Notes: generated by a model not told the origin, from the sequence alone. A DNA stretch of 64,000 nucleotides from Alphaproteobacteria bacterium (GCA_017546315.1 JAFYXH010000012.1:7617-71616); one strand, 5' to 3'. Positions 39,089 to 48,518 are shown, counted from the stretch's first letter. Made by a program: numbers and translations.

Positions 39089-41629
39089 GTGTATTGTAAA
39101 GTATGTAATTTTGGGAGAAGCGTTTTGAAAAAAAGCAACTTAGAAATTGGTGATGAAATTAAAAAAGCTCGTTTGAAGTTATCTATTGAGCACTATATTA
39201 AGTACTTTATAGGTAAGAGAGCTTGTGAATTGACAAAGGAAGAAGCTTTGTATGCTATTTCTTTGGCAGTTAGAGAATTTGCTATGGATGAAATGTATAG
39301 CACAATTGCCCGTTATAATGAGAAATCTGCAAAAAGAGTTTACTATCTTTCTATCGAATATTTAATTGGACGCTCTTTAGAAAATAATTTACATAATTTG
39401 GGATTATACGATCTTTTAAAAGATATAAAAATTGATGATTTTCCAGACCTATCATTAGAAGAGATTTTTGATACTGAATATGACCCTGCTCTTGGAAATG
39501 GCGGATTGGGTAGATTGGCAGCTTGCTATCTTGACTCTATGGCTTCTTTAGGTTTGCCTGGTTTTGGATATGGTATTAACTATCAATTTGGTTTATTTAA
39601 GCAAAAATTTGAAAATGGTTGGCAAGTTGAACAAGCTGATAACTGGTTTTCTGATTTTTCTCCATGGGAATTGGCTAGACCTGAAAGACAGGCTATTGTG
39701 CCAATGTTTGGTCATGTTGAAACATTTAGAGATGCTAATGGAAAAGATACGTATGTGTGGGCAAATACTCATACACTTTATGGTATTCCATACGACTTCC
39801 CAATTGTTGGATACAATGGTAAATCAGTAAATTATTTAAGACTATTTTCTGCTAAAACTGATGAAGAGTTTGATTTGGATATCTTTAACAATGGTGGATA
39901 TATTGAAGCTGTTGAAGATAAAATTAAGACAGAATCCATCTCTAAAGTTTTATATCCTTCTGATGCAATAGAATCTGGTAAAGCTTTGAGATTGTCTCAA
40001 CAATACTTCTTTGTATCTTGTGCTATTCAAGATATCTTTAGAAGATTTTTAGAAAAAAATAATGATTTTGATAAATTGCCTAACGAAGTATGTATTCAAC
40101 TAAATGATACACACCCTGCTTTGGCTATTGTTGAAATGATGAGACTCTTGCTTGATATATATGGTCAAGAATGGGATGATGCTTGGAATATTGTAACTAA
40201 AGTATTTGCTTATACAAACCATACGTTATTGCCTGAAGCATTAGAAACATGGCCTGTAAAATATTTTTCTCATATGTTGCCTCGTCATCTTCAAATTATT
40301 TATGAAATAAACAGAAGATTTATGGAATTTGCACGTGAGAAATTTGGTGATAATGATCCAAGACTTGCAACTGTTTCTATTGTTTCTGGTGATGGGGATA
40401 ATCAAATTATTCGTATGGCAAACTTGTCTATTGTTGGTTCTTTCTCTGTTAATGGTGTGGCAAAAATTCACTCTGAACTTATTAAGACATCTTTAGTTCC
40501 TGAATTTTATGCTTTATGGCCTGAGAAATTTACTAACATTACAAATGGTATCACTCCTCGTCGTTGGCTATTGCATGCAAATACATGCTTGGCTAATCTT
40601 ATTTCTGATAAAATTGGAAAAGATTGGATTGCAAACCTTGATCTTTTAAGAAGAATTGAAGAATTTGTTGATGATGCTGATTTTGTTAAAAAGTTTATCA
40701 AAATCAAAAAAGAGAATAAAGAACTTTTGCGTCATGAAATTTTCAAGAGAACCAATGTTGCAGTTACAACAAATTCTATGTTTGTTGTGCAAGCAAAACG
40801 TATCCACGAGTACAAACGTCAACTAATGGCTATTTTGCAAGTGATCGGTGAATATTTGGCAATTGTTCGTGATAATGTTAGACCTGTTTGTCCTAAGACT
40901 TATATTTTTGCAGGAAAAGCAGCTCCTTCTTACACATTTGCTAAGTTGGTTATCAAACTCATAAACAATGTTGCAAACGTTGTAAACAACGACTCTAGAG
41001 TTGGCGAATCACTTAAAGTTGTATTTATTCCTGACTATAAGGTTTCTGTTGCTGAAGTATTGATTCCTGCGGCAGATGTTAGTTTACAAATTTCAACAGC
41101 AGGTTTTGAAGCTTCTGGTACTGGAAACATGAAGTTTGCATTAAACGGTGCTTTGACAGTTGGAACTTATGATGGTGCTAACATTGAAATTCGTGAGGCT
41201 GTTGGTGATGATAACTTCTTCTTGTTTGGATTAAAAGAAGATGAAATTCAGAATATGAGACCTACTTATAATCCTCGTAAGATATATGAAGAATCTGAAT
41301 ATATTAAACGTATCTTGAATGCTATCAATTCTAATATTTTCTGCGAAAAGGATATGCCTTCTTTGTTCAAGCCTATATTTGATGAATTATTAAATAGAGA
41401 TTATTTCTTTGTATTGGCTGACTTAGAAGCTTTCAATCAAGCAATGAAAGAAGCTGAAAAAGAATATCTCAACAAAGAGACTTGGGCTAAAAAAACTATT
41501 TACAATGTGGCTAGAGTTGGATACTTCTCAAGCGATCGCTCTGTTGATGAATATGCTAAGAATATTTGGCATATTGAAGATGTTGAATCATCTGAAGAAG
41601 TATTTGAAAAGCAATGTAAATCTGCTTAG
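39089..41629 (+). CDS. glgP: glycogen/maltodextrin phosphorylase
   Basis: YLSIEYLIGR, DPALGNGGLGRLAAC, EASGTGNMKFALNGALTVGTYDGANIE (PLP Lys). The start is uncertain: GTG 39089, or TTG 39125 preceded by GGGAGAAG. Confidence 0.95.
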   Translation: MYCKVCNFGRSVLKKSNLEIGDEIKKARLKLSIEHYIKYFIGKRACELTKEEALYAISLAVREFAMDEMYSTIARYNEKSAKRVYYLSIEYLIGRSLENNLHNLGLYDLLKDIKIDDFPDLSLEEIFDTEYDPALGNGGLGRLAACYLDSMASLGLPGFGYGINYQFGLFKQKFENGWQVEQADNWFSDFSPWELARPERQAIVPMFGHVETFRDANGKDTYVWANTHTLYGIPYDFPIVGYNGKSVNYLRLFSAKTDEEFDLDIFNNGGYIEAVEDKIKTESISKVLYPSDAIESGKALRLSQQYFFVSCAIQDIFRRFLEKNNDFDKLPNEVCIQLNDTHPALAIVEMMRLLLDIYGQEWDDAWNIVTKVFAYTNHTLLPEALETWPVKYFSHMLPRHLQIIYEINRRFMEFAREKFGDNDPRLATVSIVSGDGDNQIIRMANLSIVGSFSVNGVAKIHSELIKTSLVPEFYALWPEKFTNITNGITPRRWLLHANTCLANLISDKIGKDWIANLDLLRRIEEFVDDADFVKKFIKIKKENKELLRHEIFKRTNVAVTTNSMFVVQAKRIHEYKRQLMAILQVIGEYLAIVRDNVRPVCPKTYIFAGKAAPSYTFAKLVIKLINNVANVVNNDSRVGESLKVVFIPDYKVSVAEVLIPAADVSLQISTAGFEASGTGNMKFALNGALTVGTYDGANIEIREAVGDDNFFLFGLKEDEIQNMRPTYNPRKIYEESEYIKRILNAINSNIFCEKDMPSLFKPIFDELLNRDYFFVLADLEAFNQAMKEAEKEYLNKETWAKKTIYNVARVGYFSSDRSVDEYAKNIWHIEDVESSEEVFEKQCKSA

Positions 41630-41636
41630 TATGATG

Positions 41637-41664
41637 AAGCCCCGAAAATTCGGGGCTTTTTTTA
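41637..41664 (+). terminator. intrinsic terminator after glgP
   Basis: AAGCCCCG-loop-CGGGGCTT followed by TTTTTTT. Confidence 0.9.
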
Positions 41665-42522
41665 TTTATAAAGATATTCGTCTCGTTGTCGTTTTCTTCT
41701 TAAATCGCTTATGGATGGTTTGCCTGAGGAAGGATTTTGAGCATTTTTTAAGGACCTTATCTGTTTAGCTACTTCCTTATCTGCCTTTTCTTTTACTGAA
41801 ATATAGTCTGTACCTAACTCTTGGCACATTTCTGACATTGCTAAATTTATTTTATATTTTAATTTTATCTTTTCTATTTTGCTATATTCCTCTTTGGGAA
41901 GACAATCTACAACCTCTAAGATGTTTAAGTATGTTTTTAATTTATTTGGAGAGGCGGTGATTGTATGTAAATTGTTTTGACTTATAATATCTGAGAAAAG
42001 CTCTTTTGCCTCTTGCTGATATCTTTGTGTTATTTTTTCTTTATTTGTTTTATCTCTTGGTAATGATTTTTTTAGTTTTGTGATATTTAATGCACGTTCG
42101 TTATAGGCATTTAGCACAGCATCATTACTATATTCTGGAAGATGAGATTTTATTACTTTTTCTAAAATTACAAAATCTTCATGATATTGCTCCATAATGT
42201 GAGGGCGAAAATAATCTATGTAGTTATATATTTTGCGAAATTTATCGGTTGATAATTCTTCATTATCATCGTTATAAGGATCAATCGATATTCGAAATTC
42301 ATCTAACAAAGAACAAAAATCACCAGCTTTTGATACTTCTCTTAGGGTTGGGATTGAGGATGAAGTATTTTCTGTTTTTTCAGAGGAGGTTAGTGTCTTC
42401 CAGTGCTTTTCTCTAAAATTTTCCATAGCAACATCTACTGGCCAATTATTATGATTAAAACATTCGGCAATAGCTTTATTGAGGATTAAGTACATTTGAT
42501 TTGAGCTTACATCTTCTTGCAC
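41662..42522 (-). CDS. hypothetical protein (286 aa), no recognisable domain
   Basis: Long ORF, helical and charged, with a basic tail RRKRQRDEYLYK. Confidence 0.5.
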   Translation of the reverse strand: MQEDVSSNQMYLILNKAIAECFNHNNWPVDVAMENFREKHWKTLTSSEKTENTSSSIPTLREVSKAGDFCSLLDEFRISIDPYNDDNEELSTDKFRKIYNYIDYFRPHIMEQYHEDFVILEKVIKSHLPEYSNDAVLNAYNERALNITKLKKSLPRDKTNKEKITQRYQQEAKELFSDIISQNNLHTITASPNKLKTYLNILEVVDCLPKEEYSKIEKIKLKYKINLAMSEMCQELGTDYISVKEKADKEVAKQIRSLKNAQNPSSGKPSISDLRRKRQRDEYLYK

Positions 42523-42596
42523 AGAGCTTCTCCTTTTTGTTATATATGATAGAGTATATCATAAAATATGGCTAAACTCAAACTAAATTTGTGCAA

Positions 42597-42628
42597 AAAA
42601 ATAAAGCCCACACTTTGGGGCTTTATTT
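42597..42628 (-). terminator. intrinsic terminator downstream of TerB-like gene (A/T flanked, possibly bidirectional)
   Basis: AAAGCCCC-loop-GGGCTTT with a T-run on the minus strand. Confidence 0.75.
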
Positions 42629-42642
42629 GAAGATTTAATATA

Positions 42643-43077
42643 CTATTCTTCGTTTTCTAAAATTATATTTCCGGTTTTTAGCAACACAATCTTATCTAAA
42701 ACCCATTTATTTATTTGTTTGATTTTATCGCTTTCTATGTGCATATTCTCTGCTACATCGATAATAAAATCTATTTCTTCATCATCTAAACCTGTATCTG
42801 AATTTGCTAAATAACAAAGTTCTTTTACGAGTTGCAAAGATTTTTTGCGGTCTGTTATGCGAGAAACTTTTGCCATTACTGAAGATTTATTTAGATTTTG
42901 CAAAATGCTAACGATTTCTTTTTCTTCTATACCATACATTTTTCCGATATTTTTTAGAAAATTTATTTCTTCTTTCGCAATTTTTGCATCTGAGTAAACC
43001 ATACAACAAAAGCACTCAACAAATGTGTATCTTTCCTCGTTTGTTAGGTTTTGGATATAATCATATTCTCTATTCAT
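42643..43077 (-). CDS. TerB-like / DjlA N-terminal-like domain protein
   Basis: Two-repeat pattern FVECFCCMVYSDAKIAKEEINFLKNI and LCYLANSDTGLDDEEIDFIIDVAENM, as in TerB-family tellurite-resistance-like domains. Confidence 0.55.
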   Translation of the reverse strand: MNREYDYIQNLTNEERYTFVECFCCMVYSDAKIAKEEINFLKNIGKMYGIEEKEIVSILQNLNKSSVMAKVSRITDRKKSLQLVKELCYLANSDTGLDDEEIDFIIDVAENMHIESDKIKQINKWVLDKIVLLKTGNIILENEE

Positions 43078-43215
43078 TTGCGTTCTCCTTTGTCTTTTGC
43101 ACGATTATTGTATAATATAATTAAAATGTGGTTAAACTTCTTTGTATAAATATGAATAAATCGCAAAAAAACTATTGACGATAAAAAAAACATAATGTAA
43201 AAGATTTTAAGTTAT

Positions 43216-43303
43216 GGAGCGTTGGCAGAGTGGTAATGCAGCGGATTGCTAATCCGTCATCCTGAATAGGGATGCATAGGTTCGAGTCCTATACGCTCCG
43301 CCA
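43216..43303 (+). tRNA. tRNA-Ser (anticodon GCU), CCA encoded
   Basis: Hand-folded cloverleaf. Acceptor GGAGCGT/ACGCTCC, anticodon loop TTGCTAA, long variable arm CATCC-loop-GGATG, T arm ATAGG-TTCGAGT-CCTAT, discriminator G plus CCA. Confidence 0.9.
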
Positions 43304-43312
43304 CTTTCAGTT

Positions 43313-43340
43313 AAAGTCCTTATTTTTAAGGGCTTTTTTT
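43313..43340 (+). terminator. intrinsic terminator after tRNA-Ser
   Basis: AAAGTCCTTA-loop-TAAGGGCTTT followed by a T-run. Confidence 0.85.
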
Positions 43341-43398
43341 ATATCCATTTTCTTTCTGTATAAAAAAAGCAGTCGGTTAGAACTGCTTTAATTATGGA

Positions 43399-43758
43399 TT
43401 ATTCATACATAACTTCGTTTAATTCCCAATAGGCTTCTGTCTGATAGATTTTGGGATTATCTTTGGCATAATCCAGGGCTGTTTTACCCTCGTTAGACTT
43501 TGCTTTGGCATCAGCGCCGTGTTTGAGGAGTGTGGTGATAATTTCAGGATTTTGATTAAACATACTTGCACATAATAGAGGCGTCCAACCAATTTTATTT
43601 CTTTCTTTAACGCTAGTGCCATTTGCAAGTTCTTTTGCAACATCTTCTAAAGTAGCGGTCTTCCACCAATCAGGTGTTAAGAAATTAGTGCTATTGGCGA
43701 AGGCTGAAGAAGTGCTCAGAAACAAAGCAAATACGGCGGATAAAAAAGAAAATTTCAT
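43399..43758 (-). CDS. Sec-signal ankyrin-repeat protein (119 aa)
   Basis: Signal peptide MKFSFLSAVFALFLSTSSAFA. Ankyrin consensus GWTPLLCASMFNQNPEIITTLLKHGADAKAKSNEGKTALDYA. Confidence 0.75.
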   Translation of the reverse strand: MKFSFLSAVFALFLSTSSAFANSTNFLTPDWWKTATLEDVAKELANGTSVKERNKIGWTPLLCASMFNQNPEIITTLLKHGADAKAKSNEGKTALDYAKDNPKIYQTEAYWELNEVMYE

Positions 43759-43871
43759 CTAACTGCCCTCCTAAAATCAACGTAGAATAAAATTTTTAAG
43801 CAATATGGGGGTATTATACCACAAAAATTGAGGAGTGTCAAAATCTATATTTATATTTTTGGGGGATTGGG

Positions 43872-43931
43872 TTATTTATACATTGCCTCGTTGAGTTTCC
43901 AATAGTCTTCGGTTTTATAGAGTTTGGGATT
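43872..43931 (-). pseudogene. 3'-terminal remnant of a second ankyrin-protein paralog
   Basis: Translates NPKLYKTEDYWKLNEAMYK-stop against DNPKIYQTEAYWELNEVMYE-stop of the intact gene. An in-frame TAA lies immediately upstream (43932-43934) and there is no start. Confidence 0.55.
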
Positions 43932-43954
43932 TTATTTTGAGCAGATATTAAAAT

Positions 43955-44617
43955 TTAGTCAGGCCAAATTAACTTTATTCTATCTTTTAGACATTCTTTT
44001 CTAGACTCATCAACTCTCTTTTCATGCTCTTCACCAAAAGAATCTAAAGAGATTGTTGCTATATAACTCCTACAAGTTTTAGGAAGATTATTATATTCAT
44101 CAACCTTTTTCGCGCAATCTTCCTTACATTCGTTGATTTTAACCTTCAATGCTTCAATTTCTTTATCGCAATTATATTGCTTGCATTCTTCTTTAATTTG
44201 TTTACACTCTTTTAAGATTTCTTTACTTTTTTCTGCCGTATATCTTGCAAAACATTTTGCAAAATCTGATTCACATTTAGCTCGTTTACTAAACTCTTCT
44301 TTAAAGCATTTTACAATTTCATCTGTATCATCACCCTTTTTACAAAATAAATCACAAAGAGATATATCTGTTACTGTATACTCACTTAATCTAAAAGGTT
44401 CGTATCTTATCATTATCAATTTTTTGTTTTCTTGACTTAAATCAGGTTTTTCTTTGAGGTCTGTTATATATATAACTTTTCTTCCGTAAAAAACATCTCT
44501 ATTTATATACAAACATGTAACTGCATAAAATAGCACTGTAAATAGCACTACCTTAAATATCTTAAGCAACGCTTTTATTACTTTTTCTTTTTTATTTGGC
44601 TGTATATTTTTCTCCAT
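43955..44617 (-). CDS. hypothetical membrane-anchored Cys/Lys/Glu-rich protein
   Basis: One N-terminal TM (VVLFTVLFYAVTCLYI). C-terminal region has repeated CK..(E)C spacing (CKQIKEECKQYNCDKE...CKEDCAKK). Confidence 0.5.
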   Translation of the reverse strand: MEKNIQPNKKEKVIKALLKIFKVVLFTVLFYAVTCLYINRDVFYGRKVIYITDLKEKPDLSQENKKLIMIRYEPFRLSEYTVTDISLCDLFCKKGDDTDEIVKCFKEEFSKRAKCESDFAKCFARYTAEKSKEILKECKQIKEECKQYNCDKEIEALKVKINECKEDCAKKVDEYNNLPKTCRSYIATISLDSFGEEHEKRVDESRKECLKDRIKLIWPD

Positions 44618-44839
44618 CCTGTCCTCGCTATCAATTATTTTATATAATAAATGTTTTTAAATTATAGAGAAAAGCAAAAAAATGTCAATAACATAGACAA
44701 AAGCTTTTACTTAAATTTAATATTTTATAAGATATAATGTGTATTGAGAATTATTTTACATTCTTTTTAAAATAAATATTGACAAAAATGGTTTTAGGTG
44801 TCATTTATTGTGTCAATAATAAGAAAGGAAAAAATAAGT

Positions 44840-45061
44840 ATGATTAAGGCTACAATTAGTAATGAAACAAAGAGAAATGCTTTTGCTAAACTCGGGGCTG
44901 AGAAAATTGCTAGTGGTGTTTGTTCTACAAACAAAGTTGTTAATGGCTTAGTTTTGGATGGGTATGAACTTTTAGCTAGCGGGGTTTGTTCTGATATAAA
45001 AATTAATAATAATGAACAAACAAATATCATAATGTTTGCAAAGCAGAAAGAAGTTGCTTAA
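44840..45061 (+). CDS. small hypothetical peptide (73 aa) with internal ASGVCS repeat
   Basis: ATG 44840 is preceded by AAAGGA. A strong GNRA-loop terminator follows. The track start (GTG 44798) is less likely. Confidence 0.35.
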   Translation: MIKATISNETKRNAFAKLGAEKIASGVCSTNKVVNGLVLDGYELLASGVCSDIKINNNEQTNIIMFAKQKEVA

Positions 45062-45071
45062 AAAGTTTTGA

Positions 45072-45098
45072 AAAGCTCACGAAAGTGGGCTTTTATTT
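45072..45098 (+). terminator. intrinsic terminator
   Basis: AAAGCTCAC-GAAA-GTGGGCTTT followed by TTATTTT. Confidence 0.85.
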
Positions 45099-45185
45099 TA
45101 TTATATTTGTGAAAAATTGCTTGCAAAAATACTTTGTTTATATAAACTTTGGGCAGAATTAAACTTAAAATTATAAAAGGAGAAT

Positions 45186-46226
45186 ATGATGCCTTTAGTT
45201 TCTATGCGTCAGATTTTAGACCATGCTGCAGAGAACAATTACGGTGTTCCTGCATTTAATATTAACGATATGGAGCAAATTATTGCTGTTTGTGAAGCTG
45301 CAAGAGAAGTTAATGCTCCTGTTATCATCCAAACATCAACAGGTGCTAGAAAATTTGCTGGTGATCCAATGATTCGTCATATGATTGCAGCTGTTTTAGA
45401 GATGTATCCTGAATTACCAATTTGTTTACACCAAGACCACGGTTCTTCTATTGATGTTTGTCAATCTGCTTTGGTTAATGGATATTCATCTGTAATGATG
45501 GATGGTTCTTTGGAAGCTGATGGTAAAACTCCTTCTTCTTTTGAATACAATGTTAAAGTTACTAAAGAAGTTGTAGCAAGAGCTCATGCAGTGGGCGCTT
45601 CTGTTGAAGGTGAGTTGGGTGTTATCGGCTCTTTGGAAACAGGTAAAGGCGATAAAGAAGATGGACACGGTGCTGAAGGCGTTATTGATAAGAAACGTTT
45701 GGTAACAGACCCTGATGAAGCAGAACGTTTTGTGGCTGAAACAAATATTGATGCTTTGGCAGTTGCTGTTGGTACATCTCATGGTGCTTATAAATTTACT
45801 CGTAAGCCAACGGGAGATATCTTAGCTATTGATGTTATTGAAAAAATCCATGCAAAATTGCCAAACACTCACATGGTTATGCACGGTTCTTCTTCTGTTC
45901 CTCAAGAACTTCAAGACATCATCAACGCCTATGGTGGTGCTATCCCTCAAACATTTGGTGTTCCTGTTGAAGAAATCGTTCGCGGTATTAAGTCTGGTGT
46001 TAGAAAAGTAAATGTTGATACAGACTGTCGTATGGCTATTACTGGTGCTATTAGAAAAGTATTTATGGAGAATCCAAAAGAATTTGACCCTCGTAAATAT
46101 TTGAAACCTGCTATTGAAGAAATGAAGAAGGTTTGTATTGATCGTTATGTTGCTTTTGGTGCTGCCGGTCAAGCTGATAAAATTAAGCCTGTTCCATTAT
46201 CTAAAATGGCAAAAAGATACGCTTAA
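45186..46226 (+). CDS. fba: class II fructose-1,6-bisphosphate aldolase
   Basis: [41 protein letters not shown]; 346 aa. Confidence 0.9.
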   Translation: MMPLVSMRQILDHAAENNYGVPAFNINDMEQIIAVCEAAREVNAPVIIQTSTGARKFAGDPMIRHMIAAVLEMYPELPICLHQDHGSSIDVCQSALVNGYSSVMMDGSLEADGKTPSSFEYNVKVTKEVVARAHAVGASVEGELGVIGSLETGKGDKEDGHGAEGVIDKKRLVTDPDEAERFVAETNIDALAVAVGTSHGAYKFTRKPTGDILAIDVIEKIHAKLPNTHMVMHGSSSVPQELQDIINAYGGAIPQTFGVPVEEIVRGIKSGVRKVNVDTDCRMAITGAIRKVFMENPKEFDPRKYLKPAIEEMKKVCIDRYVAFGAAGQADKIKPVPLSKMAKRYA

Positions 46227-46242
46227 TTTTGTTTAATCGTGT

Positions 46243-46282
46243 AAAAAAAAAAAGAAGGCTCTAGAAAACTAGAGCCTTTTTG
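46243..46282. terminator. bidirectional intrinsic terminator
   Basis: A-run, GGCTCTAG-AAAA-CTAGAGCC, T-run. Confidence 0.9.
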
Positions 46283-46291
46283 TTATATATA

Positions 46292-47725
46292 TTATTTTAA
46301 GCTTTCAATTAGGGCGACTGGATTAACAATTGTGCCGACACCTTCTTTAAAAGTACCAGTTTTTATGCCTTGTTCAAAAAACTCGTAAGGTGTTAGGCTT
46401 TCTTTTATGCTTTTGGCTAAAATGAAAACGCCTATCATAAAAGTTTGAGCAAAAGAGCCTGCACAATGATTAAACGCATATTCATCCATTTTTACTTCTA
46501 ACGCTACAGTTCTTGCACCTCCAGGAAAGCATAACGAATTTACAAACAATTCTTTTTGTGTGTGAGGAACTTTATGAAGCGGAGAATATTCTGTTAATTC
46601 ATAGTCTGATGGATTTTCAACATCTCCAGCTAATTTACAAAAAATTCGTTCTATTCGCAACATTTTATTTTCTGGATAATTATTAGTAACCCCATTACTA
46701 AACCATATACCAAGTTTTTCTACTTCTTGTTTAACTTCTAATACTTTTTCATGACCTTTTTCGTGTTTAAATAAATCGCTTGATATTCCTCTTTGTATAT
46801 GGATTACATCTATACCTGATTTACCTTCTGATATGAGTTTTTTATGAAGTTCTATTGCTTTTTGTATTGCAATGACAAAATTGTCCTGTGTCATACTTTT
46901 TGTATCATCAACATCATTAACGGCGTAATAATATAAATTAGCAGAAGGCACTATTCCACAAGTTTTACCAACTAAAGATGATATAAAACCTCCATTTGAG
47001 CCACCGCTATAATTATAATTTATGGTGTCAAAGCCTATTTCTTCATACCCCTTTAAGGAATTATGATATTCTATGTGATTGAACAAGCGAAATGGGTCTA
47101 TAACAACAACATTTCTTTCTTGTCCTTTTATGCCAAGTTTGTGAAGAGTTTTAATACCTAACCCTGGATTTTTGCGAGATTCTAAAAACTCTTTTGGATT
47201 AAAACCCTGAGGCAATTTTGTTGAGTCTTCCGGCCATTTGGTATCTTCTGAATAGCGTACTTTTAATGGATCTATGCCCGATAGGTCGTAACTTGAAACA
47301 TCTAAGTGTTCAAAAGACACATATTCACCTCGACCTCCTGCACTAGCAGAATTTCTTGGAAAAAAATTCTTTGTTTTTGGATTATATTCTAGCTGATAAT
47401 CTTCAGGCTTGTGTAGTTTATATAAATTTTGCTCATATCCAGTTGTTATACATCCACCATGCCATAATTTGAACGGACTATTAAAGGTTTTGTTTTTAGT
47501 AACGATTAAAGCTTCTGCTAATTTATGAGGCTCTTGTTTAATTAAATCATTCCAACTATCAAAACCATATTCTTTGGCTATTACGTGTTGAGCGTTCATT
47601 AAAGACAATGAATCTCTGCCATTAAAATATTTTTCACATCTTGATTTTGCTTCTGGGAGGTTTTTCTTAAAGTCTTTTAAAAGACATTTGGCTTCTACTT
47701 GGAAGTATTCAATATACTTTGTCAT
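46292..47725 (-). CDS. hypothetical protein, possibly a divergent subtilase-like (S8) fold
   Basis: Ordered similarity to S8 blocks: VVVIDP (Asp block), GIVPSANLYYYAV, IDVIHIQRGIS, FSNG, NHCAGSFAQTFMIGVFIL (Ser block). The HGTH block reads SNGG. Confidence 0.45.
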   Translation of the reverse strand: MTKYIEYFQVEAKCLLKDFKKNLPEAKSRCEKYFNGRDSLSLMNAQHVIAKEYGFDSWNDLIKQEPHKLAEALIVTKNKTFNSPFKLWHGGCITTGYEQNLYKLHKPEDYQLEYNPKTKNFFPRNSASAGGRGEYVSFEHLDVSSYDLSGIDPLKVRYSEDTKWPEDSTKLPQGFNPKEFLESRKNPGLGIKTLHKLGIKGQERNVVVIDPFRLFNHIEYHNSLKGYEEIGFDTINYNYSGGSNGGFISSLVGKTCGIVPSANLYYYAVNDVDDTKSMTQDNFVIAIQKAIELHKKLISEGKSGIDVIHIQRGISSDLFKHEKGHEKVLEVKQEVEKLGIWFSNGVTNNYPENKMLRIERIFCKLAGDVENPSDYELTEYSPLHKVPHTQKELFVNSLCFPGGARTVALEVKMDEYAFNHCAGSFAQTFMIGVFILAKSIKESLTPYEFFEQGIKTGTFKEGVGTIVNPVALIESLK

Positions 47726-47907
47726 ATCATATTCCTTTCTTTGTGACTTACCATAACGCCTGTCCGATTAGCATTGATAAGCTACAAAAAAGAAATCTAT
47801 GTAAAAATCATTTATGGCAATGTATCACTTTGGCGGACATACCGAGCGCTTGCCTCACTCATGAATAATTTTATATTACAAAAAACTTTTTTGTCAACAA
47901 TTTTTGT

Positions 47908-47941
47908 AAAAAAAAATGACCAACTATTGCTAGATGGCCAT
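47908..47941 (-). terminator. intrinsic terminator after infC
   Basis: ATGGCCA-loop-TGGTCAT followed by T9 on the minus strand. Confidence 0.7.
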
Positions 47942-47966
47942 TATATGAGATATTTATACGATAGGT

Positions 47967-48518
47967 CTATGCTGGAGAAACAATCATAAACATTTGTTTA
48001 CCCTCTGTTTTTGGTGCTGCATCTACCTTGCACAAACCTTCTAAATCTTCTATCAATTTATTTAAGATTTCTTTACCCATATCGTTTGCAGACATTTCAC
48101 GACCTTTATAACGCATAGTAAATTTAACCTTGTCACCTTGGCTTAAGAATTTTTTAGCTTGTTTTAATTTTACTTCATAGTCATGAGCTTCAATCATTGG
48201 ACGAAGTTTTAGCTCTTTTATACTAACCACTTTTTGATTTTTCTTAGCTTCGTTCTTCTTCTTTTGCATTTCATACTTGTATTTACCATAATCAAGTACT
48301 TTACAAACTGGAGGTGTCACTTGTGGAGAAATCTCTATCAAATCAAGACCAACTTCTTGTGCTATTTTCAAAGCTTCTTGAATGGAAACAACTCCTAAAT
48401 TTTCTCCATTATAGTTGATTAAACGAACTTCTTTAGTTTTTATTTCTTTATTTATGCGTGGTCCGTCAGTTTCACGTACTGGCGCATTAGTATTTTCTGT
48501 AGCTATGATAACCTCCAA
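47967..48518 (-). CDS. infC: translation initiation factor IF-3
   Basis: INKEIKTKEVRLI..GE.LGVVSIQEALKIAQEVGLDLIEISP...PVCKVLDYGKYKY. The track's TTG (48518) overlaps the GGAGG SD. The real start is probably non-AUG: ATA at 48506, or ATC at 48509. Confidence 0.9.
   Translation of the reverse strand: MEVIIATENTNAPVRETDGPRINKEIKTKEVRLINYNGENLGVVSIQEALKIAQEVGLDLIEISPQVTPPVCKVLDYGKYKYEMQKKKNEAKKNQKVVSIKELKLRPMIEAHDYEVKLKQAKKFLSQGDKVKFTMRYKGREMSANDMGKEILNKLIEDLEGLCKVDAAPKTEGKQMFMIVSPA

Noticed and set aside
44681-44710. A third occurrence of ATAGACAAAA (TGTCAATAACATAGACAAAAGC) upstream of the small peptide gene. It resembles the promoter motif of the duplicated module.
   Set aside because: A single extra 10-mer match in an AT-rich 64-kb window could be chance. 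The surrounding -35/-10 context is weaker. It would be worth a genome-wide motif count but is not supportable here.
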